From an uncultured Puniceicoccaceae bacterium (lineage in GTDB: Bacteria > Verrucomicrobiota > Verrucomicrobiia > Opitutales > Oceanipulchritudinaceae), in NCBI GenBank assembly GCA_963933835.1, contig CAWVVV010000004.1, forward strand, positions 1 through 64,000: a stretch of DNA of 64,000 bases, read 5' to 3'. The position numbers were made by a program, and so were the translations under genes. Positions 8,711 to 19,451 of the stretch are shown in pieces; position 1 is the stretch's first letter; each line of letters begins with the position of its first letter. The notes beneath the pieces were generated by a model that ran no database searches, was not told the origin of the DNA, and worked only from the letters and a program-made list of their open reading frames with translations.

Positions 8711-11700
8711 CTAATCACCGGCGCCCGGTGTGCCCCCGACTGATTCGCTCGCGCGCCACCTTGATTGCCGATTCCAGGAACTGAGATCCGAGTCGAACGG
8801 ATCGATGAAAACCAGCGAGTATCCATCGCCATCGGTTGCCGGTATCCACTCGTCGGAGTAATTGAATTCCAGAATGACTCGGTCAATCGCATCCACTAAT
8901 TCGATTCTCTCACCACCGTTGCTCAACCGGCCAGAATAGACGCCGGCGACCGGGAGACCCGATCCGTATTCGGTTTCGAAGATCGCCTCATCCGCAACCA
9001 CGAGCACCACATCTCCGGGTGCGAGAACACGTCCGGGAAAGGTGAATTCCACGCCATCGGTGAACCGAACTTGATTCAATTCGATGGCCTCATCTCCTAT
9101 ATTCTGCAGCTCGATAAACTCGGCTGTTGGAGTAACTGGGTGATAGTGAATCTCTGTGATGCGCAAGTTCTCTTGCACCGAGCTGGTTGTGAACACTTCT
9201 CTGTGCAAAGGTCCCCACTCATCGTCGATCCGAACGCGCGCGTTGACTATGGTTGTCCGTGAAAGGGTGATTGGGTTGGCGTATTCTATTGCCCGGTCCG
9301 ACAGGCCACCCTTGAGTGTGAGGACTTGGTCGTCCACGATCAGACGGCACGAAATCAGGAAATCGCTACCATAGGCTCGGTCATTCAAGCCGCGAATCGC
9401 GAGTATGTTTTCTTCCCCAGGATTCAGGTCGCCCAGAAATCCGGAAAGGTCATAGACCATGGGGACGAGCGCTTCCTCACTATCACGACTGGCTATGGCG
9501 GTTGAGTTCCATTTCAGCGTCGCAGGAGTGTTCGCCTCTGCGACGCGGTTTCCATTGAGGTAAGCGACAAATCCGTCGTCATACAGGATTTCCAGGCCAA
9601 GGTAACGGAAACCTGCTGAGTCGGCAGTATTCACCGAAAAAGGAATGCGAATGTAGCAAGTCCCATTATTGCCTCGCATCCCTGCCTCAACGTCCACCTC
9701 GATAATGTTTTGAAAAGCGGCTGAATTCCGTATGTCATAGCCGACTCCTCCGGTACCACTGGTCCACCCTGAGTCCTCGAATAACGGACCGGTCCAGTCA
9801 TCGGGTAGGGGACCCGTCGGAACCAGAACATTCTTAGGATCCGCTTCCGTGACTAGAACTGTTTTGGTAGACTCCCCACCCGGCCACCGCACGGGAAACC
9901 GCGGATCCGTCCCATCCAGGGTGTAGTAAATTCTGCCGGTGGGGTTCGGGTTGGACAACTCGAGGGAGAAACCCTCCGCAATCGGACCACCGTCGCGGTT
10001 GAAATCCGGCATCTTCAAAAACTGTGAATCAAGCCAGTCGAGGCGCGCCGTGAGCCATCCCATTAGCCAGACAACCTCATCTTCGTAGGTGTGCGGATCT
10101 TTAGGTGTTCCCCAATAGGAGTTGCCACGGGTCTTGACGTTGAGGACCGGCCACCGAACGAAATTCCGAGCCGCCGGTTCCTCAAGCAATTCGAAAAGAG
10201 AGTCCATTTCAGCAAGGATGGCACCGGTCGAAAGGATATCCCGACGTAACTCCGCCCACCGATCCACCCAGTATTGCCAGTAATCCGGGTCTTCCTTGAA
10301 TCTCGACCACCATCTCATCGTCCGGTCATTGACTGGCGTGTAGTAAAAGGTTGCCCATCCTTCCGGTGCGTAACAAGGACAGGCCCCGAAGCAATCCCTG
10401 CACCACTTCCAATCATAATCTGCGTTGCCCAAGGCGTAATTGTAGTCCCACACAGGCCCAAACCTCAGGGGTTGATTGCGGTCTTTGTAGAGAAACGTGC
10501 TCCGTGCATCCATGTTTTTGGTCAGTTCCTGAATGACCTGCCGTTCGATACAGGAACGGGCATCGACAAGATCCGTATAATGTTCGCCCGTTTCTGGATG
10601 GAGGTAATCGGGAGCAAATACAGCGGACTCCACGTCGTTGATGTACCCTTCTATCCAAGCCCGCTGTTCAACAGCCAGTTCATCCAGATCCGGATCGACG
10701 TATTCCATGAACAGCTGTGTTCTATCCAACTGAAAATCATCGCCCCAATCCGCCTTAAGAATATAGCCGCCCGAAATATCCGGCTCAGCCAGATCGGTTG
10801 GTCTGAGCCTCGCAATGTCGATGCGATCCTTGTGCCGTTTAACTTTTTCCATCAGCACATACACCCCGATGTAATCCTCATAGGACACCACATCGTCACC
10901 ATCCATGTTGGCAAATACTTCGAGGTATCGAGTCTGGGTCACGTAGTTGCCCATTTTTCTACTCCACGAGTAGGTGATGAAATTGCGCATCAAGGTCTTG
11001 TCCGTGTACGGGGCGTGGAGAATCCAGTCGGATTCCGCCGGAAATCCCAGGAGCGAGACGTCCCTGTCTTCATCATCGTCGTCCCAAACCTCGAATTTGT
11101 AGGACTTTTTCGGGAAATCATCCTGTGCTGAATTCCCTCTCACACGCATGCTCGCCCGGCCGGCAAAATCGGGCTGAGCAGTAATCCTGGCGCGGCCGGT
11201 GACCTTATCCGTATCGAGGACTACAGCCGATACCGGCCTTTGTGGCCAGGGGTTTTCCTCGCCACGTGGGTAGACTTCGGCGTCGATATCGTGACCGAAA
11301 GAATCCAACACAACGATGGGCAAACCCGATTCGAAGTTTTCCAGTTCCGGATCGAGGGCGAGGTATGTTTCACTGCTAACCGGTCCGGGATCCATCCCTG
11401 GTACCACCACTCGAGCACGCAGCTGGGTGATCCCGGTCAGGACCAGGGGGGGACCATATAAAGGCGACTGTCCCGTCGGGACGGAACCGTCCATAGTGAA
11501 ATGAATGCTGGCATCGGGCACCGCAGTTTCCAGCGTCACGGACAACTCTCCGGTGAAGGTGCCACCCGGCACCGAAAAAGCTGGCTTGGGCAAACCGGGA
11601 ATCGGGGGATCCTCGATTTGGGTGCGCAACTCGACATCCCTGTAGAAATCGTCCTTGGGCACATGGTAAAACCACCGGTCTCCAACTGCGCCTCCCTCGA

Positions 11701-12040
11701 AATAGAATATCCAGCCGTCGTTTGCCCCGAACTTGTAGATCCACGGATAGACCGCATTACCGGTCCAGATCCATGAATCAAGTTCCATATCCAAAAGGAA
11801 AATGCTCGATTCGGCTTCGCCCTCACACCATTGCCAACCGTGCTCGGCGTGCCAGATCCATGGGAAGCCCGAATCCGACAGGAAGCCATACCAGTCGGAA
11901 TGTCGCCACTCATCGTCGACGCGGACGGCATTTGCCCAGAGATAAGGCTCGGAGGGCGATACCTCACCGGCAATAACGATAGCGGGCTGCAGGATGGAGA
12001 AAATGAATCCTAAGGTCAGGGAGATTGGATTGCGCAACAC
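8711..12040 (-). CDS. Secreted CotH-kinase-family protein with Fn3-associated/chitobiase-like repeats and a lamin-tail domain
   Basis: 1109 aa; VRGNSA..PKKSYK, DKTLMRN, YIGVYVLMEK, GPVWDYN (CotH); two FT/YT-x-DG-x-x-P modules; ITEIHYHP..EFIELQN (LTD); N-terminal Trp-rich domain. Confidence 0.85.
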   Translation of the reverse strand: MLRNPISLTLGFIFSILQPAIVIAGEVSPSEPYLWANAVRVDDEWRHSDWYGFLSDSGFPWIWHAEHGWQWCEGEAESSIFLLDMELDSWIWTGNAVYPWIYKFGANDGWIFYFEGGAVGDRWFYHVPKDDFYRDVELRTQIEDPPIPGLPKPAFSVPGGTFTGELSVTLETAVPDASIHFTMDGSVPTGQSPLYGPPLVLTGITQLRARVVVPGMDPGPVSSETYLALDPELENFESGLPIVVLDSFGHDIDAEVYPRGEENPWPQRPVSAVVLDTDKVTGRARITAQPDFAGRASMRVRGNSAQDDFPKKSYKFEVWDDDDEDRDVSLLGFPAESDWILHAPYTDKTLMRNFITYSWSRKMGNYVTQTRYLEVFANMDGDDVVSYEDYIGVYVLMEKVKRHKDRIDIARLRPTDLAEPDISGGYILKADWGDDFQLDRTQLFMEYVDPDLDELAVEQRAWIEGYINDVESAVFAPDYLHPETGEHYTDLVDARSCIERQVIQELTKNMDARSTFLYKDRNQPLRFGPVWDYNYALGNADYDWKWCRDCFGACPCYAPEGWATFYYTPVNDRTMRWWSRFKEDPDYWQYWVDRWAELRRDILSTGAILAEMDSLFELLEEPAARNFVRWPVLNVKTRGNSYWGTPKDPHTYEDEVVWLMGWLTARLDWLDSQFLKMPDFNRDGGPIAEGFSLELSNPNPTGRIYYTLDGTDPRFPVRWPGGESTKTVLVTEADPKNVLVPTGPLPDDWTGPLFEDSGWTSGTGGVGYDIRNSAAFQNIIEVDVEAGMRGNNGTCYIRIPFSVNTADSAGFRYLGLEILYDDGFVAYLNGNRVAEANTPATLKWNSTAIASRDSEEALVPMVYDLSGFLGDLNPGEENILAIRGLNDRAYGSDFLISCRLIVDDQVLTLKGGLSDRAIEYANPITLSRTTIVNARVRIDDEWGPLHREVFTTSSVQENLRITEIHYHPVTPTAEFIELQNIGDEAIELNQVRFTDGVEFTFPGRVLAPGDVVLVVADEAIFETEYGSGLPVAGVYSGRLSNGGERIELVDAIDRVILEFNYSDEWIPATDGDGYSLVFIDPFDSDLSSWNRQSRWRASESVGGTPGAGD

Positions 12041-12118
12041 TTTTATTATTAGGTATTTTTGTAGTTAGCTGATCGAATCGATGAGTTATTGAGATGAATC
12101 ATGGAATACACCAGAGCT

Positions 12119-12217
12119 ATGTCTCTTCTAAACGAGGCGCTCCGTGCTCAGGAGCAAAAAAGGGGTCAAATGTTTAAAGTAAATGTTGTGCTGAATTGCC
12201 TCCTTAATCTTCCCTGA
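12119..12217 (+). pseudogene. N-terminal fragment (MSLLNEALRAQEQK) resembling GspB-type N-termini, cut at the repeat
   Basis: Manual translation; the resemblance covers only ~14 aa before the frame enters repeat copy 2. Confidence 0.3.
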
Positions 12218-12273
12218 CTACAGCTACAACGCCAACGGCAGTCTCGTCACTGTGCTCTATGGCAACGGTATCG
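12153..12273 (+). repeat. ~120-bp direct repeat, copy 2
   Basis: Near-identical to 7242-7355; its 3' half reads DYSYNANGSLVTVLYGNGI. Confidence 0.95.
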
Positions 12274-12448
12274 CTCAAGGAAAGTTCTGCGCTTGTCCAA
12301 GCGAGTTACTAAGGCCGGTGTTTTGCAGTCCACTTGGAAACCCCGCATTGTGTTGCTTGAAACGTTCATGCGCGTCCTCCGAGATCCCGATATATCGGCG
12401 GCTCTCTTCATTCTCTAGCAAGTAGACGCGATAGAGTTTCAGACCCAA
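12274..12448 (-). pseudogene. GIY-YIG nuclease pseudogene
   Basis: Manual translation YRVYLLENEESRRYIGISEDAHERFKQHNAG, frameshift at ~12340-12344, then SKWTAKHRP**LAWTSAELS; truncated at the repeat. Confidence 0.85.
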
Positions 12449-12487
12449 AAATGGCGAAGGCCCGATTTCTTTCGAAATCGGGCCTTC
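12445..12487 (-). terminator. Intrinsic terminator of the tRNA gene
   Basis: Perfect 14-bp stem GAAGGCCCGATTTC/GAAATCGGGCCTTC, 4-nt loop, T5 tract shortly downstream on the minus strand. Confidence 0.8.
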
Positions 12488-12489
12488 AT

Positions 12490-12566
<77 letters not shown>

Positions 12567-12733
12567 ACAGGGAAAGAGGCTCAAGGTGTAGATCGGGACA
12601 GGTGAATCAAGCATGAAGATGAGAATTTTCGGCTTTTGATTGTTTGTGCGGCTTTAAAGGGAGGATTTTCCTCTTTGGGGGGTTGCAGTGTTGTTTTTGA
12701 CGACGGATAGTTGATTAGAACGATTTAATCACC

Positions 12734-14368
12734 ATGGCGACGAAAGCATTCCATTACCAAAAGCCGTTTCCTCTCGCGGCAGATGACACTGAATACCGGT
12801 TGGTCTCAAAGGACCACGTAAGCGTTGAGACTTTTAAGGGAGAGGAAATTCTCGTGATTGAGCCTGAAGCTTTGGAGCTCCTTGCGAATGAGGCGACGAA
12901 AGACATCGCATTCATGCTGCGCACCTCGCACCTCAAACAGGTAGCCGCGATCCTCGACGACCCAGAAGCGAGTGAAAACGATCACTACGTCGCTTTGACG
13001 CTCTTGCGCAATGCGGAGGTGGCGGCGAAGGGTATCCTGCCGTTCTGCCAAGATACGGGCACGGCGATTGTGATGGGGAAAAAGGGACAGAAGGTCTGGA
13101 CCGGTGGTGGTGATGATGAGGCGCTGAGCAAGGGCATCTACAAGACTTACACCGAGGAGAACTTGCGCTATTCGCAGACGGTCCCATTGGACATGTTTCA
13201 GGAGGTGAACTCGGGCACCAATCTACCCGCCCAGATCGATCTCTATGCGACGGAGGGCGACGCCTATGACTTTCTCTTCATCGCGAAGGGTGGTGGTTCA
13301 GCAAATAAGACTTTCCTCTATCAAGAGACGAAGGCGCTTTTGAATCCTGCGAGTATCGAAAAGTTTATGATCGAGAAGATGCGCTCGCTCGGGACGGCGG
13401 CTTGTCCGCCGTATCACCTTTCGATTGTGATCGGCGGGACTTCCGCGGAAGCAAACCTCAAGGCGGTCAAGCTCGCCTCGACGCGTTACTACGACGAACT
13501 GCCAACGTCGGGTAATGAGCATGGGCGTGCATTTCGCGATCGAGCTTGGGAGGGACGCTTTCTCGAACTCGCGCAGCAGATTGGTATCGGTGCTCAATTC
13601 GGCGGGAAATACTTTGCTCTCGATATGCGAGTGATCCGTCTCCCGCGTCATGGGGCATCGTGCCCGGTCGGTATCGGGGTGTCTTGTTCGGCGGATCGCA
13701 ATGCCAAGGCAAGGATCAATAAGGACGGCATTTGGCTCGAAAAGCTCGAGCCAAACCCAGGCCGTTTTATCCCTGATGAGATGCGGAAGAAGGCGACGGT
13801 TGGCGCGGTGAAGATCGATCTCAATCGGCCTATGCCAGACATCCTCGCTGAGCTGGGTAAATATCCGATCACGACCCAGGTGCAGCTCACGGGCACGATC
13901 ATCGTTGCTCGCGATATCGCCCACGCGGAATTGAAGGAGAGGATCGAGGCGGGTAAAGGTTTACCTGACTACGTGAAGAACCACCCGATTTACTACGCTG
14001 GTCCTGCCAAGACACCCAAAGGCATGCCTTCAGGTTCCTTTGGGCCGACAACGGCGGGACGGATGGATGGCTACGTTGACCTCTTTCAAGAGCATGGCGG
14101 ATCCATGATCATGCTCGCGAAGGGTAATCGAAGCCAGAAGGTGACCGACGCCTGTCAGAAGCACGGAGGTTTTTACCTTGGCTCAATTGGCGGCCCTGCA
14201 GCCCTGCTTGCGCAGAATAATATCAAGAAGGTTGAGATCGTTGAATTTCCAGAGCTTGGAATGGAAGCGATTTGGAAGATCCAAGTTGTCGACTTTCCTG
14301 CCTTCATTCTGGTTGATGACAAGGGGAACGACTTCTTCAAGAAGATCAACGAGTGCCCGGTGTGTTGA
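12734..14368 (+). CDS. fumA: Class I (Fe-S) fumarate hydratase
   Basis: [36 protein letters not shown]. Confidence 0.95.
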   Translation: MATKAFHYQKPFPLAADDTEYRLVSKDHVSVETFKGEEILVIEPEALELLANEATKDIAFMLRTSHLKQVAAILDDPEASENDHYVALTLLRNAEVAAKGILPFCQDTGTAIVMGKKGQKVWTGGGDDEALSKGIYKTYTEENLRYSQTVPLDMFQEVNSGTNLPAQIDLYATEGDAYDFLFIAKGGGSANKTFLYQETKALLNPASIEKFMIEKMRSLGTAACPPYHLSIVIGGTSAEANLKAVKLASTRYYDELPTSGNEHGRAFRDRAWEGRFLELAQQIGIGAQFGGKYFALDMRVIRLPRHGASCPVGIGVSCSADRNAKARINKDGIWLEKLEPNPGRFIPDEMRKKATVGAVKIDLNRPMPDILAELGKYPITTQVQLTGTIIVARDIAHAELKERIEAGKGLPDYVKNHPIYYAGPAKTPKGMPSGSFGPTTAGRMDGYVDLFQEHGGSMIMLAKGNRSQKVTDACQKHGGFYLGSIGGPAALLAQNNIKKVEIVEFPELGMEAIWKIQVVDFPAFILVDDKGNDFFKKINECPVC

Positions 14369-14403
14369 TGAATGTATGCATTACTGGATACGGATATGTC
14401 TTT

Positions 14404-15693
14404 TTAGCTCACGACACAGAAAGGAGCTGCTTCACGGGCGGCGATTTCGAAGCCGAGTTGTGCGCACAGTTCGGGAAGTCTTTCGGGTGCTCCAGGTAGA
14501 GCGCTCAGGATTTGATCACTGTAGGGGAGGAACCTTGACTCGTGATTCGGGAGCGGTGTCAGTTTCGTGCTGAGCCCAAGGAGCCACCGCCATTGGTCGT
14601 GCGAGCGTTGACTCCACGACTGAAGAAGCGAGATGGGGCAGTTGCCGTGTTGAATTGTGCTGATAGTTTGGGACAGGTCGTAGCCTTCGCGGATGCCGCA
14701 ATTTAGACTGTGGACACCGAGCGGCGACGTCGTATGCGCGGCGTCACCCAGTAGACATACCCTGCCTTCGGAAAAGCTGCTCGCAAGTCGCTCCGCGAAA
14801 TGGATTTCGATCTGCCAGTGGAGTTTTCTAAGCTCGTGGTCAAAGAAAGGTGCGCGCTCAGCTAGAAGGGCGTGGAAGTGCTCACTATTTAGATGGGTGT
14901 CGCTTTGCATGACTCCAGTTGAACTGGAGGGGCGATGCCGGTTGATTTTGAAATCTGAAGCTTGATCGAGTTCGAATGTCCAGCGCCCGCGGGTTGAAGA
15001 AAGGGGAATAAAGGCACTGACTTTCCCGTGGTGGAAAACGAGCTTCATTTCCTTTTCAAGTGGTCCATCGACGTCGAATTCGAAGAACTCATATGAGCGG
15101 GAAGGCTTTGCATCACAGAAGCCGGTTCGAATGAACTCGCGTGTCTGAGAGCGGTAACCGTCGGCGCCGAAGAGAAAAGGAACGTGGAACTCACGCTCGA
15201 CCCGTTCGGTAGCGCTTGCATCTGCTTGTCGCCTGTTTGGAGGAGGTGGTTCTTTGGTTTTACCACTCACCTCAGATTCTTGGTGGTTGAGATCTGTCAG
15301 GCTGTGATCCCACTCAATTTCAACCCCTCCGAGTGCAAGCTCTTCGATCAGCGTCGCTTCGAGGGCGGATTGAGGGAGTGCGAGGATGTGCGGATAGGCG
15401 CTATCTTGAGTGCGTAGGTCGACGGTCTTGACCTTTTGCGCATCCACATAAACGCCGATGCTTTCGATCAGGTTTCCATGTGGGAGAAGGCGTTGGTAAA
15501 CACCTAACTTGTCGAGCAGTGCTAGGGTGTCAGGGTGAAGGAGAGAGGCATACGAGTCCCGGCTAGGGCCGCTTGCAGCGTCGATGACGCGAAGGGGGAT
15601 GTCTTCTTTGAGCAGTGAGAGTGCGCTGGTCAGACCGACCGGCCCTGCGCCAACGACGAGAACGTCGGGCGGGAGCGTCTGGATTGATTTCAT
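14404..15693 (-). CDS. FAD-dependent monooxygenase (FAD_binding_3 / UbiH-like)
   Basis: VVGAGPVG, GADGYRS, LLGDAAH..SPLG..SLNCGI. Confidence 0.85.
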   Translation of the reverse strand: MKSIQTLPPDVLVVGAGPVGLTSALSLLKEDIPLRVIDAASGPSRDSYASLLHPDTLALLDKLGVYQRLLPHGNLIESIGVYVDAQKVKTVDLRTQDSAYPHILALPQSALEATLIEELALGGVEIEWDHSLTDLNHQESEVSGKTKEPPPPNRRQADASATERVEREFHVPFLFGADGYRSQTREFIRTGFCDAKPSRSYEFFEFDVDGPLEKEMKLVFHHGKVSAFIPLSSTRGRWTFELDQASDFKINRHRPSSSTGVMQSDTHLNSEHFHALLAERAPFFDHELRKLHWQIEIHFAERLASSFSEGRVCLLGDAAHTTSPLGVHSLNCGIREGYDLSQTISTIQHGNCPISLLQSWSQRSHDQWRWLLGLSTKLTPLPNHESRFLPYSDQILSALPGAPERLPELCAQLGFEIAAREAAPFCVVS

Positions 15694-15942
15694 GGCTGGG
15701 TAGGGGTATCAGTCCGTTAAATAGTATTTATATTACGGGTAGATATATCTATAGCCCTAATATTCGATTTTGGCGATCTTTAAAAATCACCTTTGGGCGC
15801 ACAGAAACAGAGCTCAGGTTCGAGCAAGCGTAAGGGTGCTTCATTCGTAGAACGAATGACGAAAGCCCTAAAAAGACGATTGACCACGCTAGGGCGGAGC
15901 TTTTGGCTGCGAGGTTTTTCTCCATCAGCAACCTATATAGCC

Positions 15943-17292
15943 GTGAACGTAACCGTAACCGACGTCAGCGAACTCCGCAAAGAATTGATTGTATCCTTCA
16001 CTGCCAGTGAATTGGTAGAAGAAGAAACATCCCTTTTGATAGACTTTCGAAAACAGGCCAAAGTGCCTGGTTTCCGCCAAGGAAAAGTGCCGGAGAATGT
16101 TCTCCGTCAGCGCTTTAAGAAAGGCATCAGCGAAGAGCTTGCCCGCAAGGTCTCGCAAAAAGCGTTTCAGTTTGCGGTCGAAGACAAGGACTTGAAGGTC
16201 CATCAGATCGTCGATGCGGCGAAGCTTGAAGAGGTCGACGCCAGCCAGGACATCGCAGTCGACTTTACCGTCGATCTCGTTCCTGAGATTAATCTCCCTG
16301 ATTACAAGGGTATCGCAACGAAGGCCCCGGCAACAGAGGTGTCAGATGACGAAGTCGATCAAGCGATCGAACGGATGCGTCGCGAGCGGGCAGACTTCAG
16401 TGAAGTTGAGCGTGCCGCTGGTGAAGGCGATTACGTCAAACTGTCCTACGTCGGCACGGTTGATGGCACGGCTATTTCTGAATTGATTGGTGAAGATGCT
16501 GCCAACCGTTCATGGGCTTCAGTTGAGAACGGCTGGGAAGAAGCCGGGACAGAAGAAGCGAAGACCTATGGTGTGCCCGCAATCATTGATGGCATCGTTG
16601 GCTTGAGCGCTGGCGAGGCAAAGACGATCACGACTGATTATGCCGCAGATTTCAAAATCGAGGCTCTTCAAGGTAAGTCTGGCAGCTATGAGGTGACGGT
16701 TCATGAAGTGCGTGAACGCAAGCTTCCCGAGCTGAATGAGGAATTTCTTAAGAGTATCCAAGTTGAGTCTGTCGAAGAACTCAAGGGGCAGCTTCTGGAC
16801 AATCTAGAGGCTCAAAAGAAGCAGCAGTCTGCTGAAGCTCAACGGAACCAAATTATCGACCACTTGCTCGAGAAGGTGGACACCGCCCTGCCGGAATCTG
16901 CGCTTGAGAGCGAAACCCAGCAAGTCATGGCGCGCATCATGATGGAAAACATGCAGCGTGGGGTGGCCGAAAATGACTTCGAAGAAAACAAGGCTGCGCT
17001 TCACGCTCAAGCCACTGGCATCGCTCAACGCGATGTGAAAGCTCGCTTCGTTCTCTCCAAGGTCGCTGAAACAGAGTCGATCGAAGTTTCCAATGAAGAT
17101 TTACAGCGCGCGATTATGAACATCGCGACACAACAGCGCCGCAGTCCTGACGAATTCGTCAAGGAACTCCGCGAAGACCAAAACAAGGTTCGACAGCTCC
17201 AAGGGCAGGTCCTGATGAGCAAGACACTTGATTTCCTCGTTAAAGAGGCTAAGGTTGAGACAGTTGCAGCAGAAGAAGCAGCTAACGCTTAG
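15943..17292 (+). CDS. tig: Trigger factor
   Basis: [10 protein letters not shown] ribosome-binding loop, FKBP-like domain; precedes clpP-clpX; GTG start at 15943. Confidence 0.93.
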   Translation: MNVTVTDVSELRKELIVSFTASELVEEETSLLIDFRKQAKVPGFRQGKVPENVLRQRFKKGISEELARKVSQKAFQFAVEDKDLKVHQIVDAAKLEEVDASQDIAVDFTVDLVPEINLPDYKGIATKAPATEVSDDEVDQAIERMRRERADFSEVERAAGEGDYVKLSYVGTVDGTAISELIGEDAANRSWASVENGWEEAGTEEAKTYGVPAIIDGIVGLSAGEAKTITTDYAADFKIEALQGKSGSYEVTVHEVRERKLPELNEEFLKSIQVESVEELKGQLLDNLEAQKKQQSAEAQRNQIIDHLLEKVDTALPESALESETQQVMARIMMENMQRGVAENDFEENKAALHAQATGIAQRDVKARFVLSKVAETESIEVSNEDLQRAIMNIATQQRRSPDEFVKELREDQNKVRQLQGQVLMSKTLDFLVKEAKVETVAAEEAANA

Positions 17293-17321
17293 TCACTACT
17301 GACCGCCTAGCCCTGAAAAAC

Positions 17322-17930
17322 ATGAGTTACTACTTACCACTCCCACACGTCGTCGAAAGTGACGGCCGGACTGAAAAAAGCTGGGATATCTACAGCCGCC
17401 TCCTGAAGGACCGGATCATCTTTATCGGCACTCCGATCGACGATTATGTCGCGAACGGTGTTATCGCTCAGCTTCTCCTGCTTCAGATGGAAGATCCGAA
17501 GAAGGACATCCAGCTCTATATCAACAGCCCCGGTGGCAGTATCACAGACGGCATGGCGATTTACGATACGATGCGCTTTTTGAGCTGCGACATTAAGACC
17601 TACTGCATGGGGCAGGCTGCTAGCATGGCTACGGTCATCGTAGCGGCGGGCACTCCCGGCAAACGCTACGCACTCCCACACAGCCGTCTCATGATCCACC
17701 AGCCAAGTGGTGGAGCGACAGGGCAGACTTCGGACATTACGATCGCCGCCCGTGAGATCCTGCGTTGGCGCAAGACACTGAACGAGGTTCTTTCTGAGCA
17801 CTCTGGTCAAGAGGTTGAGCGCGTTGCGAAGGACTCTGACCGTGATTTCTACATGACCGCCGTTGAGGCGAAAGAGTATGGCCTTGTCGATCACGTGATC
17901 GAATTCGGTAAGTCTGAGACAACTGCCTAG
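17322..17930 (+). CDS. clpP: ATP-dependent Clp protease proteolytic subunit
   Basis: [33 protein letters not shown]. Confidence 0.97.
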   Translation: MSYYLPLPHVVESDGRTEKSWDIYSRLLKDRIIFIGTPIDDYVANGVIAQLLLLQMEDPKKDIQLYINSPGGSITDGMAIYDTMRFLSCDIKTYCMGQAASMATVIVAAGTPGKRYALPHSRLMIHQPSGGATGQTSDITIAAREILRWRKTLNEVLSEHSGQEVERVAKDSDRDFYMTAVEAKEYGLVDHVIEFGKSETTA

Positions 17931-17936
17931 AATTGT

Positions 17937-19205
17937 ATGGCTAAATCAAGCAAGATGACCTTCTGCAGTTTCTGCGGAAAGTCTCAGAACGAAGTTCGCA
18001 AGATGATCGCTGGTCCCGCTGGCGTTTATATTTGCGACTCGTGCGTAAACGTCTGCAAGACGATCATTGACCGTAAGCTGAAGGACGAACCGGAGGTGCC
18101 CGAAGCGCAAGGCACGGGCTTCAAACTCCTCCGCCCAGCCGAAATCAAAGGCCGCCTTGACGAGTATGTGGTGGGTCAAGAGCACGCTAAAAAAGTGCTT
18201 TCAGTTGCGGTTTATAACCACTTCAAGCGGCTTTCGCTTACAAATGAGGAAGCGCACACGCTGAGCGAGGATCTCGTCGATGTTGAAATCGAAAAGAGTA
18301 ATGTCCTCCTTCTCGGCCCCACGGGTAGTGGTAAAACTTTTCTCGCTCGGACCCTAGCGCAATTGCTTGATGTGCCCTTTGCGATCGCTGATGCGACGAC
18401 TTTGACCGAAGCTGGTTATGTCGGAGAAGACGTTGAAAACATCGTTCTTCGCCTCCTCCAATCAGCAGAGTTCGATGTTGGACGCGCCGAATGTGGTATT
18501 ATCTATGTCGACGAAATCGACAAGATTGGCCGTCGCACAGAAAATGTTTCGATCACTCGTGATGTCTCGGGTGAAGGCGTTCAGCAGGCGCTACTGAAGA
18601 TTCTTGAAGGAACCGTTTGCAATGTACCGCCCCAGGGTGGACGCAAGCATCCGAATCAGGAATACGTCAAAGTCGACACGACGAATATCCTCTTCATCTG
18701 TGGCGGGGCTTTCGTCGGAATGGACAATATCGTTCTACGTCGCCTTGGCGCTGGTTCGATCGGTTGGGATTCAAAAGAGCGCAAGCAGATTGATGAAACA
18801 ACGGCCTTGAGTGAAGTAGCGCCTGAGGATCTCGTGCGCTATGGACTCATCCCAGAGTTCATCGGTCGTCTTCCAATCCTTTCGGTTTTAGAGGAGTTGA
18901 ATGTCGAGCAACTCGAGTTCGTTCTGACCAAGACACGCAATGCGATCACGAAGCAGTATGAGAAGCTCTTTGCCCTCGAAGGCGTTAAGCTGAGCTTCAC
19001 GCGAGAGGCTATTTCCTCGATTGCTGAGAAGGCGATCGAACTTAAGACGGGCGCACGTGCTCTCCGCTCGATCATGGAGAAGTTGATGCTCGAGATTATG
19101 TATGAATTGCCTGACCTCGACAACGTCGAAGAGGTTACGATTGGACGCCCCGTTGTGTCCTCAGGGGCGAAGCCGAAGATTAAGTATCGCGCTGACGCTG
19201 CTTAA
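17937..19205 (+). CDS. clpX: Clp protease ATP-binding subunit ClpX
   Basis: CSFCGK zinc finger, [34 protein letters not shown] loop reads IGW. Confidence 0.97.
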   Translation: MAKSSKMTFCSFCGKSQNEVRKMIAGPAGVYICDSCVNVCKTIIDRKLKDEPEVPEAQGTGFKLLRPAEIKGRLDEYVVGQEHAKKVLSVAVYNHFKRLSLTNEEAHTLSEDLVDVEIEKSNVLLLGPTGSGKTFLARTLAQLLDVPFAIADATTLTEAGYVGEDVENIVLRLLQSAEFDVGRAECGIIYVDEIDKIGRRTENVSITRDVSGEGVQQALLKILEGTVCNVPPQGGRKHPNQEYVKVDTTNILFICGGAFVGMDNIVLRRLGAGSIGWDSKERKQIDETTALSEVAPEDLVRYGLIPEFIGRLPILSVLEELNVEQLEFVLTKTRNAITKQYEKLFALEGVKLSFTREAISSIAEKAIELKTGARALRSIMEKLMLEIMYELPDLDNVEEVTIGRPVVSSGAKPKIKYRADAA

Positions 19206-19451
19206 GCGGAGCTATGCAGACCGCACAATGCTTCGAAGTGTTGGCCTGAAGGCTAGAGCCTTTCGGTGTGTAACTGTTTTTACGCCCTACGGGCTGAGTT
19301 TATAAAAACGTGTGATATAAAGGTCTGTACGAACGGCTGATTGAAGGTGCGATAAGTCGCTCCGAACTAGGAGGTAACGTCTGAATGGCTGAAGCTCAGA
19401 ATGAGCAGAAGGTCATCTCAAATCGCCCAGAAGGGCCGGACACAACCTCCT

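Noticed and set aside
10274..11131. 285-aa ORF antisense to the CotH gene, and other long antisense ORFs (e.g. 13298-13924, 54784-55395)
   Set aside because: Shadow frames of well-supported genes with no recognisable motifs
15830..15872. Hairpin TCATTCGT-AGA-ACGAATGA followed by GAAA upstream of tig, as a hammerhead ribozyme or tRNA remnant
   Set aside because: Lacks the CUGANGA core and a three-stem junction; no cloverleaf
15793..15942. N-terminal extension of tig in the ORF track (similar extensions on dapA, typA, pilD, ctaF, the PP2C gene)
   Set aside because: Family similarity begins at downstream starts; extensions reflect longest-ORF calling
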